Shown piece after piece: positions 30,362 to 39,598 of a stretch of DNA of 64,000 nucleotides; the stretch's first letter is position 1, and each line of letters opens with the position of its first letter. Source of the stretch: a virus. Lineage: Duplodnaviria; Caudoviricetes. Position numbers and translations under genes: made by a program. The notes under the pieces were generated by a model. The model ran no database searches. It was not told the origin of the DNA and saw nothing but the letters and a program-made list of their open reading frames with translations. The stretch spans positions 32,001-96,000 of IMG/VR virus record IMGVR_UViG_3300021399_000008; one strand, given 5' to 3'.

Positions 30362-31633
30362 ATGAGTATAGATATAGAAAGTATTAAATAGATCGTACAT
30401 GAAACTCTGAAAGAATCGCTGGCTATGTACCTTGAAAACTCAATGTTTCCAGGTTTCCTCAGACCAGAGAAAGAAGAGGAAACCATGGGTGATTTCAGAT
30501 CATTCGTAAATATAGGAACAAGAGAGAAGCCTGTGATGAAGAGGTTAGCCGCGAAGAGCCAGCAGGAACTGAACGACAGGATCGTAAAGGCTTACGTAGA
30601 TTCAGGAAGAATATGGGAGTTTTTGGAGTTAAAATCGGACTCTGAGAATAAACCCAGGGAAACATTCGGGCAGTATGTTGAACGCTGGATTTCGCTCTAT
30701 AAAGTCAATAAAATACGTGGAAACACACTGAAGGATTATAAGACAATACTGACAGGATATCTTATACCGGAGTTCGGGAACAGAGAGTTCGCCTCTATAA
30801 CGACAGATGACTTCCAGAAGTTCCTGAATAAGAACAAACATTTGTCGATGAAGTACCTGACGAACATAAAGATTCTGTTTGGATCTATAGCTAAGGATGC
30901 TGTTGAGGACGGAGTTATAGATAAAGATCCTACTGCGAGCAGGAAACTGTTTATACCTTCGACGAAGAAGAAGGAACGTAAACCTTTAAAGAAGGAAGAG
31001 TATCTGGAAATTCTCGAAGAAGTTAAGAAGCTGAAAGGAAGATTGTATCTTTTGATTGTTCTGCTTATGTTAAGTGGGCTGAGAAGAGGAGAAGTCCTGG
31101 GGCTGAAATGGGAAGACTTCTGCTGGGATGAAGGATACTTCGTAGTTCAAAGGAACGTGACCTTCTCGAAAGGAATATCTGAAGTAGGCGAGACTAAGAC
31201 TGAGTCTGGAAAGAGGAAGGTTCCTATATTAAAAGAACTCAGAACTTTTCTTGAGCCTTATAAGAAGGAATCTGGTTTTATTATCGAAGCTAAAGGAAGA
31301 GATCAGCAGCCAATCTGCAAGTCGACCTTCGACAGAGACTGGTACCAGCTGAATAAACTGATTAACCTGCACGGAGCTACACCTCATATCTTCAGGCACA
31401 CATTCCTGACATTACTGGCTGCGTCTGGGGTAGACATTAAGACTCTGCAGACGATAGCCGGACACAGTAATGCTGAGGTAACAATGAGAGTGTACGTACA
31501 TCCTGTTGACTCAAATATAGTAAAGGCAGGAGCAATGTTCAGTAAGTCAGTCTTTGATAATGTTGACTGGACTAAGTACGAAGAGATTACGGAGAAGTCT
31601 GAGATCGAAGAAGAAGTAGATAACGTAAGTTAA
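30362..31633 (+). CDS. int: Tyrosine integrase; the longest start (30362) needs TAG read-through at 30389, with alternative starts at 30425 and 30485
   Basis: SGLRRGEVLGL (R), TKT (K), HIFRH, GHS and VY catalytic motifs. Confidence 0.93.
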
Positions 31634-31673
31634 CGTGGTGTCAGTATACATAGGGTATACAGGATTCGAAATA

Positions 31674-31715
31674 TTCATACCCGGAGTGTCATTGGTTCGA
31701 GTCCAATCGGAGCCA
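31674..31715 (+). mobile_element. attP-like core: 3' half of a tRNA(CAT) gene
   Basis: TTCATACCCGGAGTGTCATTGGTTCGAGTCCAATCGGAGCCA (anticodon loop, T arm, acceptor 3' strand) with no 5' half, 40 nt after int; nearby ACGTCAG repeats (31781, 31793, 31861) are candidate arm sites. Confidence 0.8.
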
Positions 31716-31992
31716 TTCTAAGCGTTATCTCGATTCTTCACGAGTCGAGATATTTTTTTATCCGATGCATAATTCGATTTACGTCAGTCTTAACGTCAGC
31801 CTGAAATACGACTTGGTTTATTCCACTAAGATAGTCAGCCTGTCTGAGCTGTCAGATTCTACGTCAGCCAACAGAAGAAAATAAATTTTTATTCAGCCGT
31901 TATTCACATAAGGAAACCTGGAAGCAGAGTTTATTCTTAACTTTAGCTGTTGTGCAGCGACTGTTAACGTTAGGAATAAGTGCGTTATAAAT

Positions 31993-32025
31993 TACCCCTG
32001 ATGACCGAAAGTCGTCAGGGGATTA
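31993..32025. terminator. Terminator between convergent transcription units
   Basis: CCCCTGATGAC-CGAAA-GTCGTCAGGGG. Confidence 0.7.
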
Positions 32026-32031
32026 TTCTTC

Positions 32032-32259
32032 TTACAGTCCAAATTTATTCACATCGTCAAAAGAAATAAGTTTATATTTCTTCGTAAGAACCTCGTTCTT
32101 ACATACAGGGCACTGAGCTGCCCAATATCTCTGAAAGTGTGAGAACTTTCTTTTCCCTCGTTTCACTCTGAGATCCCAGATAAAGTTTGTACCGCACTGT
32201 GGACAATGAAACGTAACCACTCTGTAGAATCGTGGTTTACTGGGTTTTATATGGTTCAA
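32032..32259 (-). CDS. Zn-ribbon protein
   Basis: CPQC and CPVC pairs. Confidence 0.6.
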   Translation of the reverse strand: MNHIKPSKPRFYRVVTFHCPQCGTNFIWDLRVKRGKRKFSHFQRYWAAQCPVCKNEVLTKKYKLISFDDVNKFGL

Positions 32260-32280
32260 CGGTATCGCCTAATCCTTTTC

Positions 32281-32769
32281 TTATAAATGTTTGTCCTTAT
32301 AGTAATCACGCATTGACTTTACTGAAATCCTGATATCATGTTCAGGATCTGTATAGAATTTTGCTCTGGCTTCTGACCACGGAGATTCTGATTGGACACT
32401 AGCTGCGAGCCACGTAGTTCCTTTGTCTCCGTATTTCAGGATAACAGTGGATATAACGGCCCTGCCTTTAACTGGAATCTTCTCAGAATCTCCGATCATA
32501 TCTGCAGCTGTGAGATTCGCCCTGTCTCTGTAGAACTCATGGAGTTCACGGCAGAAAGGTCCGATCCTCCAGGCTTCAATAGCTTCGTGGAACAGCTTCT
32601 TCCTGAAGGTTGTGTAGTACCAAGCTTGTGAATAATATACCTAGAGCTGGAGCTTCATAGGGGATATTGGCCCTGTAAGCTCGACGATGTATTTCGCGAC
32701 ATCAAATACTGTGACCGTATCACTATCGATACTGATTAAATTTTTTATTCGCTTTTCTTTGTTAGCCAT
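32281..32769 (-). CDS. SocA/Panacea (DUF4065) antitoxin-like protein with an in-frame TAG at 32641
   Basis: VFDVAKYI...MKLQL*VYYSQAW...IEAWRIGP...SESPW; * falls at the conserved Leu of KLQKLxYY. Confidence 0.85.
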
Positions 32770-32770
32770 G

Positions 32771-33112
32771 TCAGCCGTTAATCTCCTCAGCTTCTTCTTC
32801 GGGATCTTTAATACCGCTCTTAATCATATCAATGTTAAGGTTGTACCAGGCAGCTTTAATAGCATCCAGAACTGTCTGGCTCTCAATATCAAATCCTTCA
32901 GCCGAAAGCCTGTCGAGTACAGCCTTCAGTTTCTCGTCTCCGTTATGTCTGCCGTACTCAGCTTCGACTGCGGCTACAAGTACCTTTACGGAGGATAGTA
33001 AATCATTCTTGTCAAGAAAGGGACGGATATACCGCTTCCAGACAAAAGCTAAACATAAGCCAAAAGCGCTGATTAAAATACACACGATCAAAGTTCTGAT
33101 TCCTGCATCCAT
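32771..33112 (-). CDS. Holin, LL-H-like
   Basis: N-terminal TM segment; VAAVEA..G...GDEKL and IKAA motifs; lysis cassette position. Confidence 0.7.
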   Translation of the reverse strand: MDAGIRTLIVCILISAFGLCLAFVWKRYIRPFLDKNDLLSSVKVLVAAVEAEYGRHNGDEKLKAVLDRLSAEGFDIESQTVLDAIKAAWYNLNIDMIKSGIKDPEEEAEEING

Positions 33113-33135
33113 TCGGGGATCACTCCTTATCTGTC

Positions 33136-33441
33136 TTATCCATTTTCTGTTTCTTCAAATTGTTCAGTGTGATAGTTCGAGTAACTGAAGTTCTGGTCAT
33201 CAATAGAGGTTCGTATCTTCTGTACGTTCTCGACTCCGGCCTTCCCGTAGTAACAGCCTACGGCTATCCCGGCGAAGGTTGTGGTAGCTTGAACAATATT
33301 TACGATAGCGTCCGTCTGAAAAGAAGCGAGAGGTGCATACGTGATCAGAAGAAGAGAGAGCGTAATAATTGTGAACAGCGCAACTATGGAAACCCACGCG
33401 AACTGTTTCGAGGTTTCCATCTTCTTAGACTTCGCTGTCAT
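33136..33441 (-). CDS. Two-TM membrane protein (holin-like)
   Basis: METSK, two TM segments and YYGKAGVEN. Confidence 0.6.
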   Translation of the reverse strand: MTAKSKKMETSKQFAWVSIVALFTIITLSLLLITYAPLASFQTDAIVNIVQATTTFAGIAVGCYYGKAGVENVQKIRTSIDDQNFSYSNYHTEQFEETENG

Positions 33442-33936
33442 TTAGTTCGCCTCAACCGGAGCAGATTGAATCTTCGCTATAAAATCTTCCGGGATATGGT
33501 TATGCATACCATTCTCAGTATAGATTTTGTACATCCGCTCTAAACTGGTCAGTTCATTGTATGAGATTGCGTTACGTCGAACGCCGTAGTGCATGTAAGC
33601 CCACGTTAACTTTTCGTTAATCAGGGAACATGTCTGACTGTCGAGGCTTTTAACCTGTTCTTTTATCTCATCAATACTGCCCATAATCTGGCGCATGTCT
33701 TCTTTCCGATCTTCGTCTCTGCGCTACTGTTCTTCTCTGATCTTCTTTATTTCTTCCATCACATCAGCCGGGAACTTCTTAGCCTCTTCGATATCGAGAT
33801 GATGCTGGTGGATACGACGTCCAATAACTTTAATATTTTTCCAGAAAGCAACAATAAGACCTACTCCGGCTGCGACAGCTGCGAAAGCACCCCAGCCGGA
33901 AGATATAAAACTCATAAAATCAGACATAAAGACCAC
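33442..33936 (-). CDS. Membrane-anchored lysis-cassette protein; one gene through the in-frame TAG at 33724
   Basis: TM N-terminus; IREEQ*RRDEDRKEDMRQ joins two in-frame ORFs; C-terminal MYKIY...GMHN motif. Confidence 0.7.
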
Positions 33937-33959
33937 TCCAATTAAGTGGTACTTCTGGT

Positions 33960-34862
33960 TTATCCAGAAATACCTGCGTTTTTTAAGGCATTTACCAGGG
34001 ATCTGGCGGCCTCGATGTCTAACTCGATTCGTACTGTACTCGAGGAATTCGGCTGATTTTCTCCAGTAATTTCTGTAGATCCGGGAGTTATCTGAGCTTC
34101 GACTAAGAACTCGGATTTAATATAGCCGTTAATCGGTCTTCCTCTGTACGTTAATTCGACTTTAGACCAGGTATCGTTTACCTGTTCAGCCGAAACAATA
34201 GTACCGACAGGAAGCTGGATAATCCTGTCGGAGTCTGTAGAAGGACGTTTACGAACGTTAACGCTCTTTCCGTCCTGAGAAGTAATCTTAGCAGTATACA
34301 TCGCATCGCCACCTGTCGTTATAGGAATTTCAATAGTTACTGTGTTCTCGTAGTTTACGTCCTTCAGCTCTCCCCAGTGTGTCCAGCCTGTAATTTTCGA
34401 CTGAACTACACCTGTCTTGGAACCCTGAGCTTCGATTACTTTACCTTCTCCGATATAGAGACCGATATGATAATACCGTTTCTTAGGATCTGGGTCGTAT
34501 TTAAAGACAGCTGTTCCAGGTAGGAGAGTCTTACCGTCAGTACGGTAACCATTCCGCTACTCACCCTTAGCTGAGAGAACGTTCTTAGACCAGATAGAGT
34601 TTGAGCCATGGTAGATTGTTTTACCGTGGCGTTTATAAGCCCAGACGAAGAGTCCGCTGCAGTCAGAGACTTTATGGCCGATCCACTTCTGCCCATACTG
34701 AATAGACAGGTTGTAGTCAGAGTCTCCGCTGTGTCTCTTAACCTAGTCATCGTAGCTGGCACGAGTCCAATTCTGGCCTGAGGTTCCGAGGATATAGCCG
34801 AACTCCTGTTCGAGAGCTTCTTTAAAGTCTTTAATCAGATCAGTGTACAGGATCTTTCCCAT
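33960..34862 (-). CDS. Endolysin: NlpC/P60 peptidase plus SH3b domain; in-frame TAGs at 34743 and 34557
   Basis: FGYILG, DCSGLF, YHGSN, HIGLYIG..VIEAQG; SH3 VNVRKRPS...GYIKSEFL; invisible to the standard code. Confidence 0.9.
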
Positions 34863-34877
34863 CGCACTCACCTGACC

Positions 34878-35299
34878 TTAGGCAATAATAGATAATGTTA
34901 CGTAGCCGTTATCGTCTTCGATAAACAGAGCTACGTTGTCGAGTCTGTCGCCAACAGTTTTCGCGTTAGCGACCTGGCCGTCTTTCGTAAGACTTCTGTC
35001 GATTACGAGAGAACTGGATTCAACGATCTTCTTCTCGACGATGTTTTTACAGATGGCATATGTGGGTATATCTAAAATTCTGTTCATGCTGCACCCACCT
35101 TTACATTAAGTTAAATTACAACCCATTTACGTTCTGCTGACAGTCTCCAGATAATAGAGAGGTCAGGAGTTGTACAGATAGATCCCGGAGCTAAGTGGAG
35201 CTTCTCTGCATCCACAGCCGAGATCGGTTCATTCTCCCCGAGGATTATTTCAACCTGAGGAGCAGTATTCGGAATGTCGTTTACACGGGTGATTACCAT
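34878..35299 (-). other. Two small late-region ORFs (34878-35087, 35111-35299)
   Basis: D.SLT..GQVA.AK.VGD tail-fibre-type motif; LAPGSIC motif. Confidence 0.6.
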
Positions 35300-35319
35300 A
35301 ATAGGTCACCTCTTTAATT

Positions 35320-35934
35320 TTAATAAAGATCGTCTTTGAGTTTGTTTCGTAAATCTCTGCAGCGTTTCTTTTCGTCTTCAGATAAAACTGTCGAGCTGTC
35401 CATAATTATCAGTAAAGCCTGCCACATGTACGAGAAAGCCACTATGTAAAATGTCGGATCGTAAGTATAGGCTTTTGCCTCTCTATATTTCTCAACTATA
35501 AGCCCAAGCTGTTCTTCGTAGTAGTCTTTAGTGATGTCACTGGTTTTTAGTTTTAATAATTCGCACTTTGCCTGTAGTTCAGGTAAAAATGTCCAGAAGC
35601 CTGACCCACTAGTACCGCTTATTTCAGTCATTATAATTATCGGTTTCCATACACAGGAGTTATCATTCGCCCAATCTTCCGCTTCCTGCTCGTTCAACAG
35701 ATCGACATGCTGCTCATAGTACTCTTTGAACCCAGAACCAAGAGAACATAGCTCGCTAAATAATTCACGTAAACGTTTGAGTATCTTTTTCCTGAAGTCC
35801 GAAGGAGATACACCTTCTTTATTGATACCTATAGCGTAAGTTGTATTAAAGAACTCTTCTGCGTCGTTGTTGTAGTTGACGATTTCGTTCCACCGTTTAT
35901 TGAATTCCTCTTGTGATACGTACATGTTAATCAC
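35320..35934 (-). CDS. Hypothetical helical protein (moron-like)
   Basis: 204-aa ORF, AT-richer, divergent from the R-M genes. Confidence 0.6.
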   Translation of the reverse strand: MINMYVSQEEFNKRWNEIVNYNNDAEEFFNTTYAIGINKEGVSPSDFRKKILKRLRELFSELCSLGSGFKEYYEQHVDLLNEQEAEDWANDNSCVWKPIIIMTEISGTSGSGFWTFLPELQAKCELLKLKTSDITKDYYEEQLGLIVEKYREAKAYTYDPTFYIVAFSYMWQALLIIMDSSTVLSEDEKKRCRDLRNKLKDDLY

Positions 35935-35944
35935 CTCTGGTTTG

Positions 35945-35974
35945 TTGACTCAGAAAAATCAGACGTTGTATAAT
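35945..35974 (+). promoter_or_regulatory. Sigma-A-type promoter of the R-M operon
   Basis: TTGACT-N18-TATAAT. Confidence 0.65.
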
Positions 35975-36009
35975 AATCTTCTATTGAGCGGAAGAAGGTA
36001 GGTAATACT

Positions 36010-37167
36010 ATGGAGCGGATAAATTCTCTCGAATTATTCTGCGGTACTGGAGGATTAGCGCTGGGTTTACAACAGGCAGGGTTCGACCATAAAGCTCTGA
36101 TCGAATGGGATAAAGACTCCTGCGAGAATATAAACGCGAATATTAGAGAAGGGTATGAACAAATAAAAGACTGGAATGTAATCCAGTCAGATGTCCGGGC
36201 TATAGATTTCGAAAAGCAGTTCGAAAGAATTACTCTTGTGTCTGGTGGTCCTCCATGTCAACCTTTCTCGTTAGGAGGGAAACACCTGGCATATAATGAT
36301 AAGCGGGATATGTTTCCTCAGGCTGTTCGAGCCGTAAGAGAACTGAAGCCGAAAGCTTTTATCTTTGAGAACGTAAAGGGTCTGCTGCGCCAATCCTTCA
36401 GCGAATACTTTAACTATATTATCCTTCAGCTCAAGTATCCTGAGATTGTTCCTGAAAGCGGAATGGACTGGAGAGAACACGCTGAACTGCTAAAGAAATA
36501 CAGTGAAGAGAAAACTGATGGGTTAACCTACTCAGTCCAGTATAAACTTGTTAACGCTGCAGATTACGGAGTTCCACAACAAAGACATCGTGTCGTAATT
36601 GTAGGATTTAGAAGCGATCTTAATGTTGACTGGAGTTTTCCAGAACCAACACATTCAAAGGAAGCTCTCGAATATTCGAAGTGGATAACTGGAGAATATT
36701 GGGATCGACATGGACTTCAGAAACCAGAAGCACCTAAATCAACAGAGAAAATTACAATTCAAGCACTTACAAAGAAACCGTGGAGAACTGTTCGAGATGC
36801 GTTAGCAGGTTTACCTCAACCTTCTGAAACCAATACAGCAGTACCGAACCATGAATTTCGAGGAGGAGCAAAACAATATCCTGGCCATTCAGGAAGTGTG
36901 TTGGACGAGCCATCAAAGACAATTAAAGCCGGAGCTCATGGTGTCCCTGGCGGGGAAAACATGATTGTTCTGGATGATGGTTCGCAAAGGTATTACACAA
37001 TTAGAGAGAGCGCAAGAATTCAAACGTTTCCTGACAACTATATCTTTCACGGTTCATGGACTGAGAGTATGCGACAAATAGGAAACGCTGTACCTGTACT
37101 TCTCGCAAAAACAATAGGAGAGTCTGTGTATAAGCAGTTGGAGAAGGTGGTTGATCGTGAGCAGTAA
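36010..37167 (+). CDS. C5-cytosine DNA methyltransferase
   Basis: LFCGTGG, GGPPCQPFS, FENVKG, QQRHRV, RESARIQTFPD and QIGNAVP motifs. Confidence 0.95.
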   Translation: MERINSLELFCGTGGLALGLQQAGFDHKALIEWDKDSCENINANIREGYEQIKDWNVIQSDVRAIDFEKQFERITLVSGGPPCQPFSLGGKHLAYNDKRDMFPQAVRAVRELKPKAFIFENVKGLLRQSFSEYFNYIILQLKYPEIVPESGMDWREHAELLKKYSEEKTDGLTYSVQYKLVNAADYGVPQQRHRVVIVGFRSDLNVDWSFPEPTHSKEALEYSKWITGEYWDRHGLQKPEAPKSTEKITIQALTKKPWRTVRDALAGLPQPSETNTAVPNHEFRGGAKQYPGHSGSVLDEPSKTIKAGAHGVPGGENMIVLDDGSQRYYTIRESARIQTFPDNYIFHGSWTESMRQIGNAVPVLLAKTIGESVYKQLEKVVDREQ

Positions 37168-37789
37168 TACGCTGAAAATCATAAAGCCGTTTAATCCTTT
37201 AGATAAAACAAATCTCGGCGAAAGCGTAGCAGAGGCTGCGATGAAGTCACCTGTTCAAAAACTGCCGCCAGAACCTTTTATTGGAGCAGGCGTCTATATT
37301 ATCTACTACGTCGGAGATAACCCTATATATAAGCAAATCACTGAGAAAAACAGGAACGGAAAGTTCTCGTGTCCGATTTACGTAGGCAAAGCTGTTCCAG
37401 CCGGAGCCAGAAAAGGTGGTCAAACAATAGACGTATACACAGGAACTGCTTTATATAAGAGACTGACAGAGCATAGTGAATCAATAACAGCCGCTCAGAA
37501 TTTGAAGCTTCAAGATTTTTACTGCCGCTTTCTTGTAGTGGATGATATATGGATTCCTTTGGCTGAGACATTGCTGATCGAGAAGTTTAATCCAGTATGG
37601 AATAAGGTTCTTGACGGATTTGGAAACCACGATCCTGGCAAAGGAAGATATGAAGGAAAGATGCCGTACTGGGATTGTGTTCATCCGGGGAGAGAATGGG
37701 CAGCTAGATTGCAGCCATGCAGATACGGTAAAGCAGAACTGGAAGAGAAGGTATTAGCTTACTTAAACGAACAGGACCTGATGTTATAA
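37151..37789 (+). CDS. Eco29kI-family GIY-YIG type II restriction endonuclease
   Basis: GAGVYIIYY, PIYVGKA, RLTEH, WIPLAE and DGFGNHDPGKGR motifs; coupled to the MTase. Confidence 0.88.
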   Translation: MIVSSNTLKIIKPFNPLDKTNLGESVAEAAMKSPVQKLPPEPFIGAGVYIIYYVGDNPIYKQITEKNRNGKFSCPIYVGKAVPAGARKGGQTIDVYTGTALYKRLTEHSESITAAQNLKLQDFYCRFLVVDDIWIPLAETLLIEKFNPVWNKVLDGFGNHDPGKGRYEGKMPYWDCVHPGREWAARLQPCRYGKAELEEKVLAYLNEQDLML

Positions 37790-38029
37790 TCGTACCTGCG
37801 ACTCGCTTCGGATAAATCCTCGCTCGTCGTAGGTTGTGAAGGAGGTGGTTCCAATGAACTACTTAGATTTGAAAAGGAACTATACGATGAAAAGGAAGTT
37901 TGTGAAAAGGTACGGATTGAATAGGAACTGAAAATGTATTTAGAATCGGAAAACGAGAGTTAAAGAGCAGGAATGGTTGAAAAGGAAATAGGTTTAGTCA
38001 TGTTTGATGCTAAACCGGAATGAAAAGGA

Positions 38030-38070
38030 ATATCCCCTAAGCGGCAAAAGTCGCTTAGGGGATATTTTTT
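38030..38070. terminator. Bidirectional terminator
   Basis: ATATCCCCTAAGCGGC-AAAA-GTCGCTTAGGGGATAT followed by a T run. Confidence 0.8.
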
Positions 38071-38354
38071 TAGCTGATTTCTCTGAAGTAATAATGAACG
38101 GTAATTGTTCCATCACCGTTTTCAAGGATTTGAGTCGAACCAAGTTCCATATTATAAAACTCATAAATATCGCGGTCAGTATCAACTTCACGAATACGAA
38201 CAAAAGATTTATCAGCATCGCGAATTGTCTGAAAATCAGGGAACATTTCAGTATAATTACTGTAAACCACCGTTACGTCTGGGTTAGGGATGATACAGGT
38301 GTTAATATCAATGCGTGTCATGTCGTTAAACCAAATATAAAGTTTCTTTTCCAT
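38070..38354 (-). CDS. Small tail-region protein
   Basis: ORF co-oriented with the tail genes. Confidence 0.55.
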   Translation of the reverse strand: MEKKLYIWFNDMTRIDINTCIIPNPDVTVVYSNYTEMFPDFQTIRDADKSFVRIREVDTDRDIYEFYNMELGSTQILENGDGTITVHYYFREIS

Positions 38355-38387
38355 ACTGAAATCCTTTCTTGATAACGATAAAAGTAA

Positions 38388-39581
38388 TTAAGTGCAGAAA
38401 CACAGCATAACACAGCGAGTTTCTTCACAGGCTCTGGTTTTACCTGCGTTTCCTTCGATAGTATAATAGTAACGACTATTGTTTACGATGCCAGTTCTAG
38501 TCCACCATTCTTCTCCTGAGCTAGAGCTTGTCCATGGGTGTTTTTTTGGGAAGCCGTTTTCTTTGGAATAGTTTGAAAAAAATTCATCGTATACACATCC
38601 GCTTGTTTCCTTATGCTGAATACCAGTAGAATATCCAGTTTCTAAGTTTGAAGGAATAAAAAATCTGTCTGCGCTATATTTCGTTTCGCTATTATAAAAC
38701 CAAGATTTATTAACTGTTTTTATAGCATTTTTTAAAGCGCTATCTTGTAGTGTGTTATACATTGATTCCAGTTGTTGCCTTATATCAGATGTTTCCCATC
38801 CTTGACAATCTGTACCATATTTCATTGTTTCAGGTAAAACAAAAAATGAGCCCCATGTTATGTGCGCCTTCCCAGATCCATCTGCTAGATCATCTTTATC
38901 AATTCCGATAATACTGCATTCGATAAGTTCGCCATCAAAATCAAAAGTTTTTATATCTCCAATGGAATATTTTTCCAAATAAGAACCGTCATTTTCTGCA
39001 GCAAGTATGGTTTGTATATCGTCAGTTATATTGCCGTAATTATTGTCTGTGTATGGATATTCGGATAAAGGCTTTAGCTTTGTCGTATTGAATCCAGTAG
39101 AGGTTTTATATGTCTCAAGTAAACTACTAGGAACAAAAACAAAACCGAATTGACCTTCGGTCATCATAGTTCCTTTAAAGAAATTACCATTTAAAGATGA
39201 TAGTGATTCATTGCTAAAAACTACAGCTCTTATCGGATTTCTACTAAACACATTCCACGAATTATTTGAACTTGATTTGAAAACATTAGGAAATATTGCA
39301 CTCTTTATGTTGCAATTTTGAAAACAATAACTTTCACACGATGATAATTTAGGAAGATCCTCAGCGTCGATTGCCGTCAAACCGCTATATGCTATTCCGT
39401 ATTGACCTATGGTTTCAACGTTCGGAAGACGAATTTTTTTTAGGTTTTTCTTATGAGATAAACCGCTTGAAGCTGGAATAGTTTTCAATCCAGATTCAGT
39501 AAATTCTGTCAAAGTGTCTGATATTAAAGCGTCTAACGTACCTTGGATTCCTAAAATATCTGTAGTATTTGTATACTCCAT
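38388..39581 (-). CDS. BspA-type LRR plus DUF6273-like protein (putative receptor-binding or adhesion protein)
   Basis: LKKIRLPNVETIG repeats; YSIGDIK, IIGIDKD, WETSDIR, WWTRT and LCFCT motifs. Confidence 0.65.
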   Translation of the reverse strand: MEYTNTTDILGIQGTLDALISDTLTEFTESGLKTIPASSGLSHKKNLKKIRLPNVETIGQYGIAYSGLTAIDAEDLPKLSSCESYCFQNCNIKSAIFPNVFKSSSNNSWNVFSRNPIRAVVFSNESLSSLNGNFFKGTMMTEGQFGFVFVPSSLLETYKTSTGFNTTKLKPLSEYPYTDNNYGNITDDIQTILAAENDGSYLEKYSIGDIKTFDFDGELIECSIIGIDKDDLADGSGKAHITWGSFFVLPETMKYGTDCQGWETSDIRQQLESMYNTLQDSALKNAIKTVNKSWFYNSETKYSADRFFIPSNLETGYSTGIQHKETSGCVYDEFFSNYSKENGFPKKHPWTSSSSGEEWWTRTGIVNNSRYYYTIEGNAGKTRACEETRCVMLCFCT

Positions 39582-39598
39582 AAAATAACCTCCACCTT

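Noticed and set aside
31636-31715. A fourth complete tRNA
   Set aside because: No matching 5' acceptor strand or D arm; it is better read as an attP core.
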